A model generated the notes under the pieces. The model worked only from the letters and a program-made list of their open reading frames with translations. It ran no database searches and was not told the origin of the DNA. Positions 8,376-15,061 of a stretch of 15,061 bases of DNA are shown here, piece after piece. Origin of the DNA: Armatimonadia bacterium (GTDB lineage Bacteria > Armatimonadota > Zipacnadia > Zipacnadales > UBA11051); contig JBDKRC010000225.1 in the NCBI GenBank assembly GCA_039683575.1, positions 1-15,061 on the forward strand, in the 5' to 3' direction. The translations under genes and the position numbers were made by a program. The stretch's first letter is position 1. Every line of letters starts with the position of its first letter.

Positions 8376-8417
8376 TTCGCCCACTTCTCGAGACCGGGTT
8401 CAGCCCCCAAGGAGCAG

Positions 8418-8451
8418 TATGGGGGGTACCGCATTGGCGGTACCCCCCATA
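8418..8451. repeat. Perfect 15-bp inverted repeat with 4-nt loop (34 bp total)
   Basis: TATGGGGGGTACCGC-ATTG-GCGGTACCCCCCATA, between the convergent recombinase and PDZ-protein genes. No poly-T tract on either side. Confidence 0.9.
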
Positions 8452-8511
8452 GGCGTAAAGGCAATGTATTCGGCGCAGTCATTACCGGCCTTTGCCGATA
8501 TGACGACATGG

Positions 8512-9591
8512 TTAGATGCCGAGCAGGGATGCCAGACAGGAGGCCACGTGGTCGCGAGTGAAGCCGTTGAGCGAGCGACCCTTGCCGACCGTGAAACTGT
8601 CAGTCATCGATTCGTCTAACAACTCCTCGCCTGTCGCTATATCCACGATGGTGACTTGGACCGTCAGAGTCACGGCCCATCTCAGATACTGTCCGTCAAA
8701 CCAGCATGTGTCCTCGACTTCGCGTTCCGTGCTGATCCGCATCAGGCGTGTGCAACCCAGTTGCTTTTCCAGTTCGGCGACTGTGGCGCGCTCCTTCCTT
8801 ATCTCCGACAGCAGAGCCTCCAATTCGGCGCCTCGCACGGTCTTGTCACCTACCCTCTTGAGCAGGTTCTCTGCCGCCACGGCGGTATCTTCGCCAGCGT
8901 TGATTGCCAGAGTCTGGGTCTGATAGTCGAATTCCACCTGCAGCTTCCGTTTCGCTTGAGCTTGGTGGAATTTCATGATATGCAGCGGCGTGAGTGAGAA
9001 GGTGTACGGCTCGAGTTCCTCATTGTTGCTTCCGGCCGGCTCTTCACCCAACTCTACCACTACCGAACAGCGTTGCTTGTTGCGGACGACCTCAATCTCC
9101 AGCTTGGTGTGTGGCGGCCTGGCACGAATCGCGTCTATCACCTCGGCTATTTGGCGAACTGCCTTCCCGCCAACCGACATGATCACGTCGTTGGGCTGAA
9201 GCAGGTCGGCAGCTGGTGCGCCGTCGATGATCATGTCTACAAGTATCCCGCCTTTGGGCACTCCCAGCTTCCCTCGCGTGGCGGCGTCCAAGTCAGCGAG
9301 CCGCACTCCGAGCCAACTGCGCGGGATCTTCACAGCACCGGGGCCGCGCCGTTCGAGCACGCGATTGCCATCCTTGACAGTCAGGCTGTCTGGCCGGTAG
9401 CCCAGCTTGAGATAGGGGAAGGGCGCGAGCGTGAACGGCGACCGGGCGGGAACGGTGATGGTGGTTCTAACATGGACGATCCCAGTGTCTCCCTCGGCTC
9501 TTGCGGGGGCATTGCCGAGCACGAAGAGCAAACTGATTGCAGCAACGGTGAGCACAACACTGCAGAATGATCGGTGGATACTGGGTCTCAT
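8512..9591 (-). CDS. Secreted PDZ-domain protein with a C-terminal CsgG/LpoB/FlgO-like alpha/beta region
   Basis: Start moved to ATG 9591 (MRPSIH), preceded by AGAGGAG. Signal peptide ending APARA-E. HtrA-type PDZ (WLGVRL...GGILVDMIIDGAPAADLLQPNDVIMSVGG...IEVVRN). C-terminal VQVTIVDIATGEELL pattern. 359 aa, no protease domain seen. Confidence 0.85.
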   Translation of the reverse strand: MRPSIHRSFCSVVLTVAAISLLFVLGNAPARAEGDTGIVHVRTTITVPARSPFTLAPFPYLKLGYRPDSLTVKDGNRVLERRGPGAVKIPRSWLGVRLADLDAATRGKLGVPKGGILVDMIIDGAPAADLLQPNDVIMSVGGKAVRQIAEVIDAIRARPPHTKLEIEVVRNKQRCSVVVELGEEPAGSNNEELEPYTFSLTPLHIMKFHQAQAKRKLQVEFDYQTQTLAINAGEDTAVAAENLLKRVGDKTVRGAELEALLSEIRKERATVAELEKQLGCTRLMRISTEREVEDTCWFDGQYLRWAVTLTVQVTIVDIATGEELLDESMTDSFTVGKGRSLNGFTRDHVASCLASLLGI

Positions 9592-9830
9592 GAGAGCTAC
9601 TCCTCTTTGTATTGTCACTGCCACAGGGAAAATCCGCTGCCTGTTGGCAATCGCGATAGGCAAAATCGAGCAGACCAACCGTCGCCCTGGCAGAAACATC
9701 ATGAAGATGGGACACCCCGGTCGCACTTCCTGGCAGTTCCCCCACAGGCGGCATATACCTTCTGGCGCTGAGAACTGCAGGGCCACCGGTGCTCGCCTCT
9801 CGGGTCCGGGCTGGCGGTGCGAACCGGTCG

Positions 9831-10241
9831 TCAACTCAGGGTGGCGGCGATAAGTCTGGTCGGCGACCACATCTCGGCGGCGGTCATCTGTTCGCCCGCG
9901 GAGGTACGGTCGGCAGCTGGTGGGGTGGCCCACTGGTGCATCACGCGGCTGACTTCCCGCGCCACCGCCTTGTGCACCACGAGGTCGTAGAGACGGCCGG
10001 AGCGCGTCGCCCACAACACGCGGCCGAGGTCGTCATGGTGCTCGCGGATCGTCATCGAGGGGCGAACGACCGATCCGCCGACCTGGAACCACTGCAGGCG
10101 CCCACAAGGAACGAGCGGGCCGATGTGCTCGCAAAGCAGGGCTGCCACGGCGCCCTCCATCCCCTCGACTTGCTTCGCCGTCAGGTCCGCCAGTCTGTGC
10201 TCTTCTCCGTCTTGACTAAGAAAGACAGTGATGCTTGACAT
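9831..10241 (-). CDS. Hypothetical protein (136 aa)
   Basis: ATG preceded by AAGGGAGG on the minus strand; fills the gap between the PDZ gene and the divergent ECF operon; no family recognised. Confidence 0.6.
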   Translation of the reverse strand: MSSITVFLSQDGEEHRLADLTAKQVEGMEGAVAALLCEHIGPLVPCGRLQWFQVGGSVVRPSMTIREHHDDLGRVLWATRSGRLYDLVVHKAVAREVSRVMHQWATPPAADRTSAGEQMTAAEMWSPTRLIAATLS

Positions 10242-10352
10242 TGCAGTAGCCCTCCCTTGGGCGTTGCGTGCTCTCTCATTGTCGACTGGTTAGTCGGGCG
10301 CTTGGCCCGGACGACTCGGCCCTGATTGGGAAGTACCTGATTCCAGCGGGTA

Positions 10353-10380
10353 TTGATAAAGGAGGAGTTACCATGATAAT
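10353..10380 (+). promoter_or_regulatory. Putative sigma70-type promoter upstream of the ECF operon
   Basis: TTGATA (10353-58), 16-bp spacer, GATAAT (10375-80), in a local AT-rich patch about 200 bp before the sigma ATG. The same bases also read as Shine-Dalgarno plus ATG (see findings). Confidence 0.45.
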
Positions 10381-10586
10381 GAGGAATGCGACAGAGGCGT
10401 GTGTGTTGGCGGACGTTAGCGGGAGCGTAGGGGCGATGACGAGGCTAAGCGTGCGCGGGAGAGCCGTCGTTCAATGGGCGTCCCCCAGAGTTAGCAGGCC
10501 GCGAAACCGTAGGCCAGCTTCGTGGCGCGTTTCCAGGTCTGCCTCGAGACGGGTGCTCGGGCGTAGTTCAAGGGAGTTGAGGGGAC

Positions 10587-11195
10587 ATGTTGTTCGCGTT
10601 CTTGCTCAGCGTAGTGAGAGCTGTGGTAGGTGGGCGTGGTGAAGACCTTAGGTTAGCGCACGAAGGCTCCCTTCAGGAGCTAAGCGATTACCTGGAAGCC
10701 CTGCGTCCCACCCTAACGAGCGGAATCCGCAGGGCTTATTCGTCACTGGAGGAGGCCGCAGAGGATATTGTGCAAACGGCCTTTGCCGGGTTGCTGATCA
10801 GCAACGCCGCGAGCTTCCGGCGCTACCAGGGCAAAGCGAGTTTGCAGACCTATGTCACTGGTATCGTGCGGCGCAGGGCGATTGACTTCATGCGCAAGGC
10901 TCCCGACCTTTCGGCCCCCCTTACGGACCACGAGAACCTGGTTGCCGCACCGCATGAACAGGAGCCCTTGGCTTTGGTAGGCCAGGCCGAATTATGCGAG
11001 GAGGTGCAGGCGGCGGTAGCGCAATTGCCCGAGCGGTACGGGCTGGTCATCAAGTTGTACTACTTCGCCGAGCAGGACTGCACCGAGATCGGGCTGGCGC
11101 TTGGCTGTTCGGCCAAGCGCGTCACGAGTCTGTTGGTGGAGGCCCGTCAACGGCTTCGGAAGCAGCTCTCAGGTCATTTGCCAGATTTTGCCTAA
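10587..11195 (+). CDS. ECF-family RNA polymerase sigma factor
   Basis: 202 aa. Region 2: AAEDIVQTAF...YQGKASLQTYVTGIVRRRAIDFMRK. Region 4: VAQLPERYGLVIKLYYFAEQDCTEIGLALGCSAKRVTSLLVEARQRLRK. GAGGGG upstream of the ATG. Confidence 0.93.
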   Translation: MLFAFLLSVVRAVVGGRGEDLRLAHEGSLQELSDYLEALRPTLTSGIRRAYSSLEEAAEDIVQTAFAGLLISNAASFRRYQGKASLQTYVTGIVRRRAIDFMRKAPDLSAPLTDHENLVAAPHEQEPLALVGQAELCEEVQAAVAQLPERYGLVIKLYYFAEQDCTEIGLALGCSAKRVTSLLVEARQRLRKQLSGHLPDFA

Positions 11196-11271
11196 GAGGC
11201 GTAAAGAAAGCCCGAGTCGCAGGGCGACAAGTCGCGACTAAGTTGGCAGTAGTCGAAGGAAGTGAACGCCG

Positions 11272-12339
11272 GTGAACTCGTTTTTGCCGACAGCATGCAC
11301 CAAAACCGCTCTTCAGCTCCAGTTGCTGCAAGAGGGCAGACTGGGGTCGGAGGAGCGATTACGGTTGATTTCTCACGCCCGCGGGTGCGCCTCCTGTCGG
11401 GAGACGGTCCTGGGCACGGCCGCATTGGACCGGGCTTTGAGGCAAGAAGCCTGCCGACCGTCCGGGAGCCTGGCACCTACGGACGAGTGTCCGGACGGGG
11501 AAATCCTGGCGGGTTTTGCCGACGGAGGGCTGTCAGCAGAGGAGCGGCGTCGCTGGGGAAGACACGTGGCTGAGTGCCCGGCCTGCCTCGCCGAGATCAG
11601 GGACCTACGGACCATGCTGCAACTGCGGCCACCGGCCGACAGGGCACTGGAGCAACTGGCCGCAGCAGTCCGGGAAGCTCGTGCGCCCGAGGCGCGGCGC
11701 GTTTGGACCTGGCAACCAGCGCTTGTGGTTGCAGCTGCCGCGGCGGTTCTAGTTGCGGTCATGCTATTCCGCCAGCCGGCTCCGGGCCCCCAGGGCATGC
11801 CGTCACCGGGCCCAACCGTTGCCCAGGGCCCCACCGAGGTGCCGCAGACTCCGTCCACTCCGGCGCGGCCGCCGGAGGGGCCTACGGTCGCGACCCCGGC
11901 TCCGGCCAATGTGCCACCCGCGAGCGCCCCTTCCCCGGGTCTCAGGCGGTACCTACCGCGGAAGACTGCGCCCCATGCTCCGGCCCGCGTGAGGCCCCCC
12001 GCGACCATGTTAGCGAGAACTCCCGGGCGCAACCCTCATCCCTCGCTGAGCTACGCGCTGGTCGAACATCCTGCAGCGGCCCAGTTTGTGACACACACCA
12101 ATGCCCTGCCAGATCGCAGCTCCCTGCCCACTCTGGTGGAGGGTAGCACTCGCTTGGAGCAGTTGCTTTCCGGCGAGCGGTTGCCTTCTGCTGGTGCCAA
12201 CCCGTTTCCCCGTGACAGCGGCCTGAAACTTGATGCTGGCACCACTTTGGATTTTGGCGCACACACCAACCCCCGACCCCACCCGCTGAACACCGGTGGG
12301 GCCATGCCTGCTAACCTATTGCCAGTCGAAAGGAGGTGA
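11272..12339 (+). CDS. Membrane-anchored anti-sigma factor with two zf-HC2/ZAS zinc fingers and a Pro-rich extracytoplasmic tail
   Basis: HARGCASC (H35-C42) and HVAECPAC (H98-C105), each with an upstream Cys (C9, C73). Transmembrane helix ALVVAAAAAVLVAVMLF. Directly follows the ECF sigma gene. Confidence 0.88.
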   Translation: MNSFLPTACTKTALQLQLLQEGRLGSEERLRLISHARGCASCRETVLGTAALDRALRQEACRPSGSLAPTDECPDGEILAGFADGGLSAEERRRWGRHVAECPACLAEIRDLRTMLQLRPPADRALEQLAAAVREARAPEARRVWTWQPALVVAAAAAVLVAVMLFRQPAPGPQGMPSPGPTVAQGPTEVPQTPSTPARPPEGPTVATPAPANVPPASAPSPGLRRYLPRKTAPHAPARVRPPATMLARTPGRNPHPSLSYALVEHPAAAQFVTHTNALPDRSSLPTLVEGSTRLEQLLSGERLPSAGANPFPRDSGLKLDAGTTLDFGAHTNPRPHPLNTGGAMPANLLPVERR

Positions 12340-12345
12340 AATGCT

Positions 12346-12879
12346 ATGAGAATCTTGACAGCCAGCTTGTTGTTCGCTCTAAGCCTGACGCTGGTGTGGC
12401 AGACGGCCGCGCCCGCGGAGGGCGGCTCAGATGTCCGCTTAGAGTGGGGCAAAGAGCGGCCTGCAGGTGATTCGGCTAACCGCAACCCACAACTGCAGCC
12501 CGGAGCACAGAAGCTATTGCAGCAACTGCCTCTTCTGCCTCAGACAAACAGCACGCCCAGTGGGCTGCGTACCGCCCTAAACGTGGACCAGCCCTCGTGG
12601 TTGGTGGGCAGCATCAACCAGCGCCTCACGGGCCCGGGACTTGCGACCCTGACCTCCCCCGCGTACCTGTACGCAGAGCCGCAAGGGCGGCACGAGAGTA
12701 ACGGGCACGTGAGCATCAGCGTGCCCCTACGGCTCACCGGTGCTCCCTTCTTGTGGGGAACCGCAACGAACGCCGTGCGTGGGTACGGACTGCACCGGTT
12801 GCTGCGCTCGCAGGACTCTATAGGGACCGTCGTGACAGGCGCCGTGCAGACGAATCGCGCTGAAGGAGGCCAGAAGTGA
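12346..12879 (+). CDS. Secreted hypothetical protein (177 aa)
   Basis: AGGAGGTGA Shine-Dalgarno overlapping the upstream stop; signal peptide MRILTASLLFALSLTLVWQTAAPA; stop overlaps the next GTG (GTGA). Confidence 0.8.
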   Translation: MRILTASLLFALSLTLVWQTAAPAEGGSDVRLEWGKERPAGDSANRNPQLQPGAQKLLQQLPLLPQTNSTPSGLRTALNVDQPSWLVGSINQRLTGPGLATLTSPAYLYAEPQGRHESNGHVSISVPLRLTGAPFLWGTATNAVRGYGLHRLLRSQDSIGTVVTGAVQTNRAEGGQK

Positions 12880-14819
12880 ATAAGAACGCACTGACCGAGA
12901 GGGTGCCGGCCTGGCTGCTGGTCTTCCTGCTGCTGGGGATGCTGCAGGCCGTCGCTCCGGCGGCGGCGGATGAGGAGGCGGTGGTGAAGCAGCTGGTTAG
13001 CGACGTGGCGCGCCAACTCGAGGTGGCTGTGGCGGCGGACCAAGCGTCGCAGGTTGACCTCTCCCGCGTGCGGTTGACTTACCTGCTGGCCACCGAAGGA
13101 GAACTGGCGTGGAACGCGGGGGTCACTGGCAGTGTCTTCGAAGCTGAAAACGGGCTGGCGCTCTGCCAGCCGAGGCACTCGCTGGTCACCCCCGCCGACC
13201 GTGCGCTTCCGGAGGGGGAATGGGTGGACATCACCATGGTGTTGGGAAGGTCCCTCGTGACCCGCATGTGCGAGAGCCAACCAGCACGCCTGGCGGCGGT
13301 CATGGGTCACGAGTTCGGCCATCTGACGCTGGGCCATCTGGGAACGAGTATCACTGCCGGGACGGACATGCTGAAGGCCGCCAGCCTCACTCGGGAACGT
13401 GAGTTTGCCGCCGACCAGGCCGGGGTGCGGTATGCGGAGGCCGCTGGCTACGTTAACGCGCTCTCGGCGGCCACCGATTGTTGGGTGCGACTGAGTGAGG
13501 TTCGCGGGAACACCACTCCCCTCGAACCAACAACCGCCTTTCATGACCACCCGACCAACCTGGAGCGCGCGGCGGAGCTGCAACGTGACCCCAAGCGACG
13601 AGAGCAGTGGCGAGCCGCCTTGACGTTCGAGAACGGGGTCATGTGCCTCCAACTGGGCGAATGGGAACCGGCCCAGATCTGCTTCACGAGCGTTCTGAAG
13701 CAGTTCAAGGACAGTCCCGAGACCCTGACTAACCTTGGCTACGCCAAGATGATGTCCTTCTACGCCGGACTGCCGGTCGTGGAACGGCGGAAGATTGGCG
13801 GTGAGGTCAGTTGCCTTGCCTTCGCCACCGTGCGCCCGGTCATCCGGGGCGGAACCCAGACCCAGAAGACGCCCCTACAGCAGGCTATTGGGCACTACCG
13901 GGCGGCCCTGAAGATCGCCCCGGAGTTCCTGCCGGCCAAGTCGAGCCTGGGGGCCGCGCTGCTGATCAACCCAGACGCCTCCGTCGCGGAACTCAACGAG
14001 GCCGCGGCCCTGCTGGACGCCGTTGCCGTCCAGGCAGATAAGCGGCCTGGCGATGAAGCGACCCTGGCCGATGCGAGGGCCAACTTGGCTCTGGCGAAGC
14101 AGCGACTGGGCGGGCCGGAAGCGGGGCGCCTGGAATACCAAGATGCCTACCCCTTGCTCGAGGCGCGCAACGCCGTGCCCTTGGCCTTCAAGGCGAACTA
14201 CGCCTCCTCACTCGTTGCCTCAGCGGTGCGAGCAGACTGGGAGATGGCAGAGTCGTTGCTCCGGGACTACCTGACGCGCACCTCGCCGGAGAGCTACTAC
14301 TACCAGGTGGCGGCGCGTGACTGGGGGCTTGTGTGTGGGAAGCTCGGACGTCCCGCGGGCAAGGTCCCGGCGCCCGAGGCCCTGACCTGGCTGCCCGGCA
14401 CTCACCTGACAGTCCCCGCCGGCGGAAGTCTGTTTCCGCAGGAGCCCTGGGCTGAGGCTAAGGAAGCGCTGGCCCCATACAAGGCACTAATCGTGCCTGC
14501 CGAGAACGATGGTACTAACTTCACCTGCGTCTGCTCAGACCTGGGGCTGACACTGCGGGTCTCACGCGGCGCTGTGAGGGTGATCCTGCTCAGCGCCGAG
14601 ACCTCCCCCGCAATCACTCTCAAGAGCGATCGCGAGGGACTGGGACCCAAACTGTCGCTGAAGGTCGGCCAGCCACTGTCAAACCCCGCGGAACTGGGTC
14701 TGATGACTGATCCGCTGACCATCGGCAGCGACAAATACAAGCTCTACCGCCAGGTCGGCATTGCTCTGAAGTTCGACGACCAAGATCGCATCGCCGGGAT
14801 CGCCCTGATCTCTGGCTAA
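12876..14819 (+). CDS. Secreted M48-family zinc metallopeptidase with TPR-like repeats and an unrecognised C-terminal beta-rich domain
   Basis: Signal peptide; AAVMGHEFGHLTLGH (HExxH), REREFAADQAG (third ligand), HDHPTNLER; TPR-like helices AQICFTSVLKQFKDSPETLTNLGYA and AIGHYRAALKIAPEFLPAKSSLGAAL; GAAGGAGG upstream. Confidence 0.9.
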   Translation: MNKNALTERVPAWLLVFLLLGMLQAVAPAAADEEAVVKQLVSDVARQLEVAVAADQASQVDLSRVRLTYLLATEGELAWNAGVTGSVFEAENGLALCQPRHSLVTPADRALPEGEWVDITMVLGRSLVTRMCESQPARLAAVMGHEFGHLTLGHLGTSITAGTDMLKAASLTREREFAADQAGVRYAEAAGYVNALSAATDCWVRLSEVRGNTTPLEPTTAFHDHPTNLERAAELQRDPKRREQWRAALTFENGVMCLQLGEWEPAQICFTSVLKQFKDSPETLTNLGYAKMMSFYAGLPVVERRKIGGEVSCLAFATVRPVIRGGTQTQKTPLQQAIGHYRAALKIAPEFLPAKSSLGAALLINPDASVAELNEAAALLDAVAVQADKRPGDEATLADARANLALAKQRLGGPEAGRLEYQDAYPLLEARNAVPLAFKANYASSLVASAVRADWEMAESLLRDYLTRTSPESYYYQVAARDWGLVCGKLGRPAGKVPAPEALTWLPGTHLTVPAGGSLFPQEPWAEAKEALAPYKALIVPAENDGTNFTCVCSDLGLTLRVSRGAVRVILLSAETSPAITLKSDREGLGPKLSLKVGQPLSNPAELGLMTDPLTIGSDKYKLYRQVGIALKFDDQDRIAGIALISG

Positions 14820-14844
14820 ACCACAAAGGAATGCGTGAACTCAG

Positions 14845-15061
14845 ATGACTTACCGAACGACGACTCGCCTGCTACTAACGATCGCCCTGGCACTTGCCCT
14901 GGGTAGCCTGCTGGCCGTGCCAGCCTCGGCCGCCAGCCTTGCGGAACTGATGAGGAACTCCGGCATCAAGTATAGCGGCCCCGACAGCAACGGCGTTTAC
15001 CAGATCGAGTACGACGGTGACAACGTGCCGCTGATTCAGGTGAATGTGGCGCTTGCCGGAG
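14845..15061 (+). CDS. Secreted protein, partial (runs off the window end)
   Basis: ATG 14845 opens MTYRTTTRLLLTIALALALGSLLAVPASA-ASLAELMRNSGIKYSGPDSNGVYQIEYDGDNVPLIQVNVALAG with no stop; signal peptide with A-S-A cleavage motif; 25 bp after the peptidase stop. Confidence 0.8.
   Translation, partial: MTYRTTTRLLLTIALALALGSLLAVPASAASLAELMRNSGIKYSGPDSNGVYQIEYDGDNVPLIQVNVALAG

Noticed and set aside
6846-8520. Integron interpretation: GTTAGGC at 6910-16 after the HTH-like gene, and ATCTAAC (minus strand) containing the PDZ gene stop at 8511-17, resemble attC core sites
   Set aside because: Neither has a matching complementary partner box at attC distance, and the recombinase lacks the IntI-specific insertion between the GKG lysine and HxLRH.
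8132-8619. Short ORFs between the recombinase and the PDZ gene (8203-8619 +, 8286-8561 +, 8132-8509 -)
   Set aside because: No convincing ribosome-binding sites or motifs, overlaps with real genes, and the region is better explained as structured non-coding DNA.
9592-10014. N-terminal extension of the 500-aa ORF 8512-10014
   Set aside because: It overlaps the 9831-10241 gene and has non-protein-like composition; the Shine-Dalgarno and signal peptide point to ATG 9591.
8451-11206. 10-bp repeat AGGCGTAAAG at 8451 and 11197
   Set aside because: 10-mer matches are expected by chance in 15 kb, and the flanks do not align.
11373-13652. Minus-strand and alternate-frame ORFs over the ECF operon (11373-12032, 12540-13652 and others)
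   Set aside because: Shadows of well-supported plus-strand genes.
1-15061. CRISPR array, tRNA, rRNA or IS transposase
   Set aside because: No regularly spaced repeats, cloverleaf or T-loop signatures, rRNA motifs, or transposase ORFs were seen by eye.

Overview
GC-rich bacterial window with three parts. (1) Core-looking left part on the minus strand: a GTAG-family REP doublet (1-78), dnaE (DNA polymerase III alpha, 93-3686) and an upstream helical lipoprotein gene with a sigma70-like promoter. (2) Accessory-looking middle on the plus strand (~4920-8510): a 5'-truncated calcineurin-like metallophosphoesterase with predicted membrane segments, a ~247-aa HTH-like hypothetical protein and an intact stand-alone XerC/XerD-like tyrosine recombinase (7279-8199). 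The recombinase's non-coding flanks are the most unusual part of the window. Upstream lie two 28-bp dif-like sites (CATAA-N6-TTAT) whose outer arms differ yet each stay self-complementary with a one-base bulge at the same position. Downstream lie a ~135-nt nested rod-like fold with G.U pairs on the sense strand and a 34-bp inverted repeat with loxP-like 13-8-13 geometry. (3) Right part: a secreted PDZ/CsgG-like protein and a small hypothetical gene (minus strand), divergent from an ECF sigma operon (sigma, anti-sigma with two tandem zinc fingers, secreted protein, secreted M48 peptidase-TPR protein, and a further secreted protein cut by the window end). All calls come from reading the sequence; no searches or folding computations were run.
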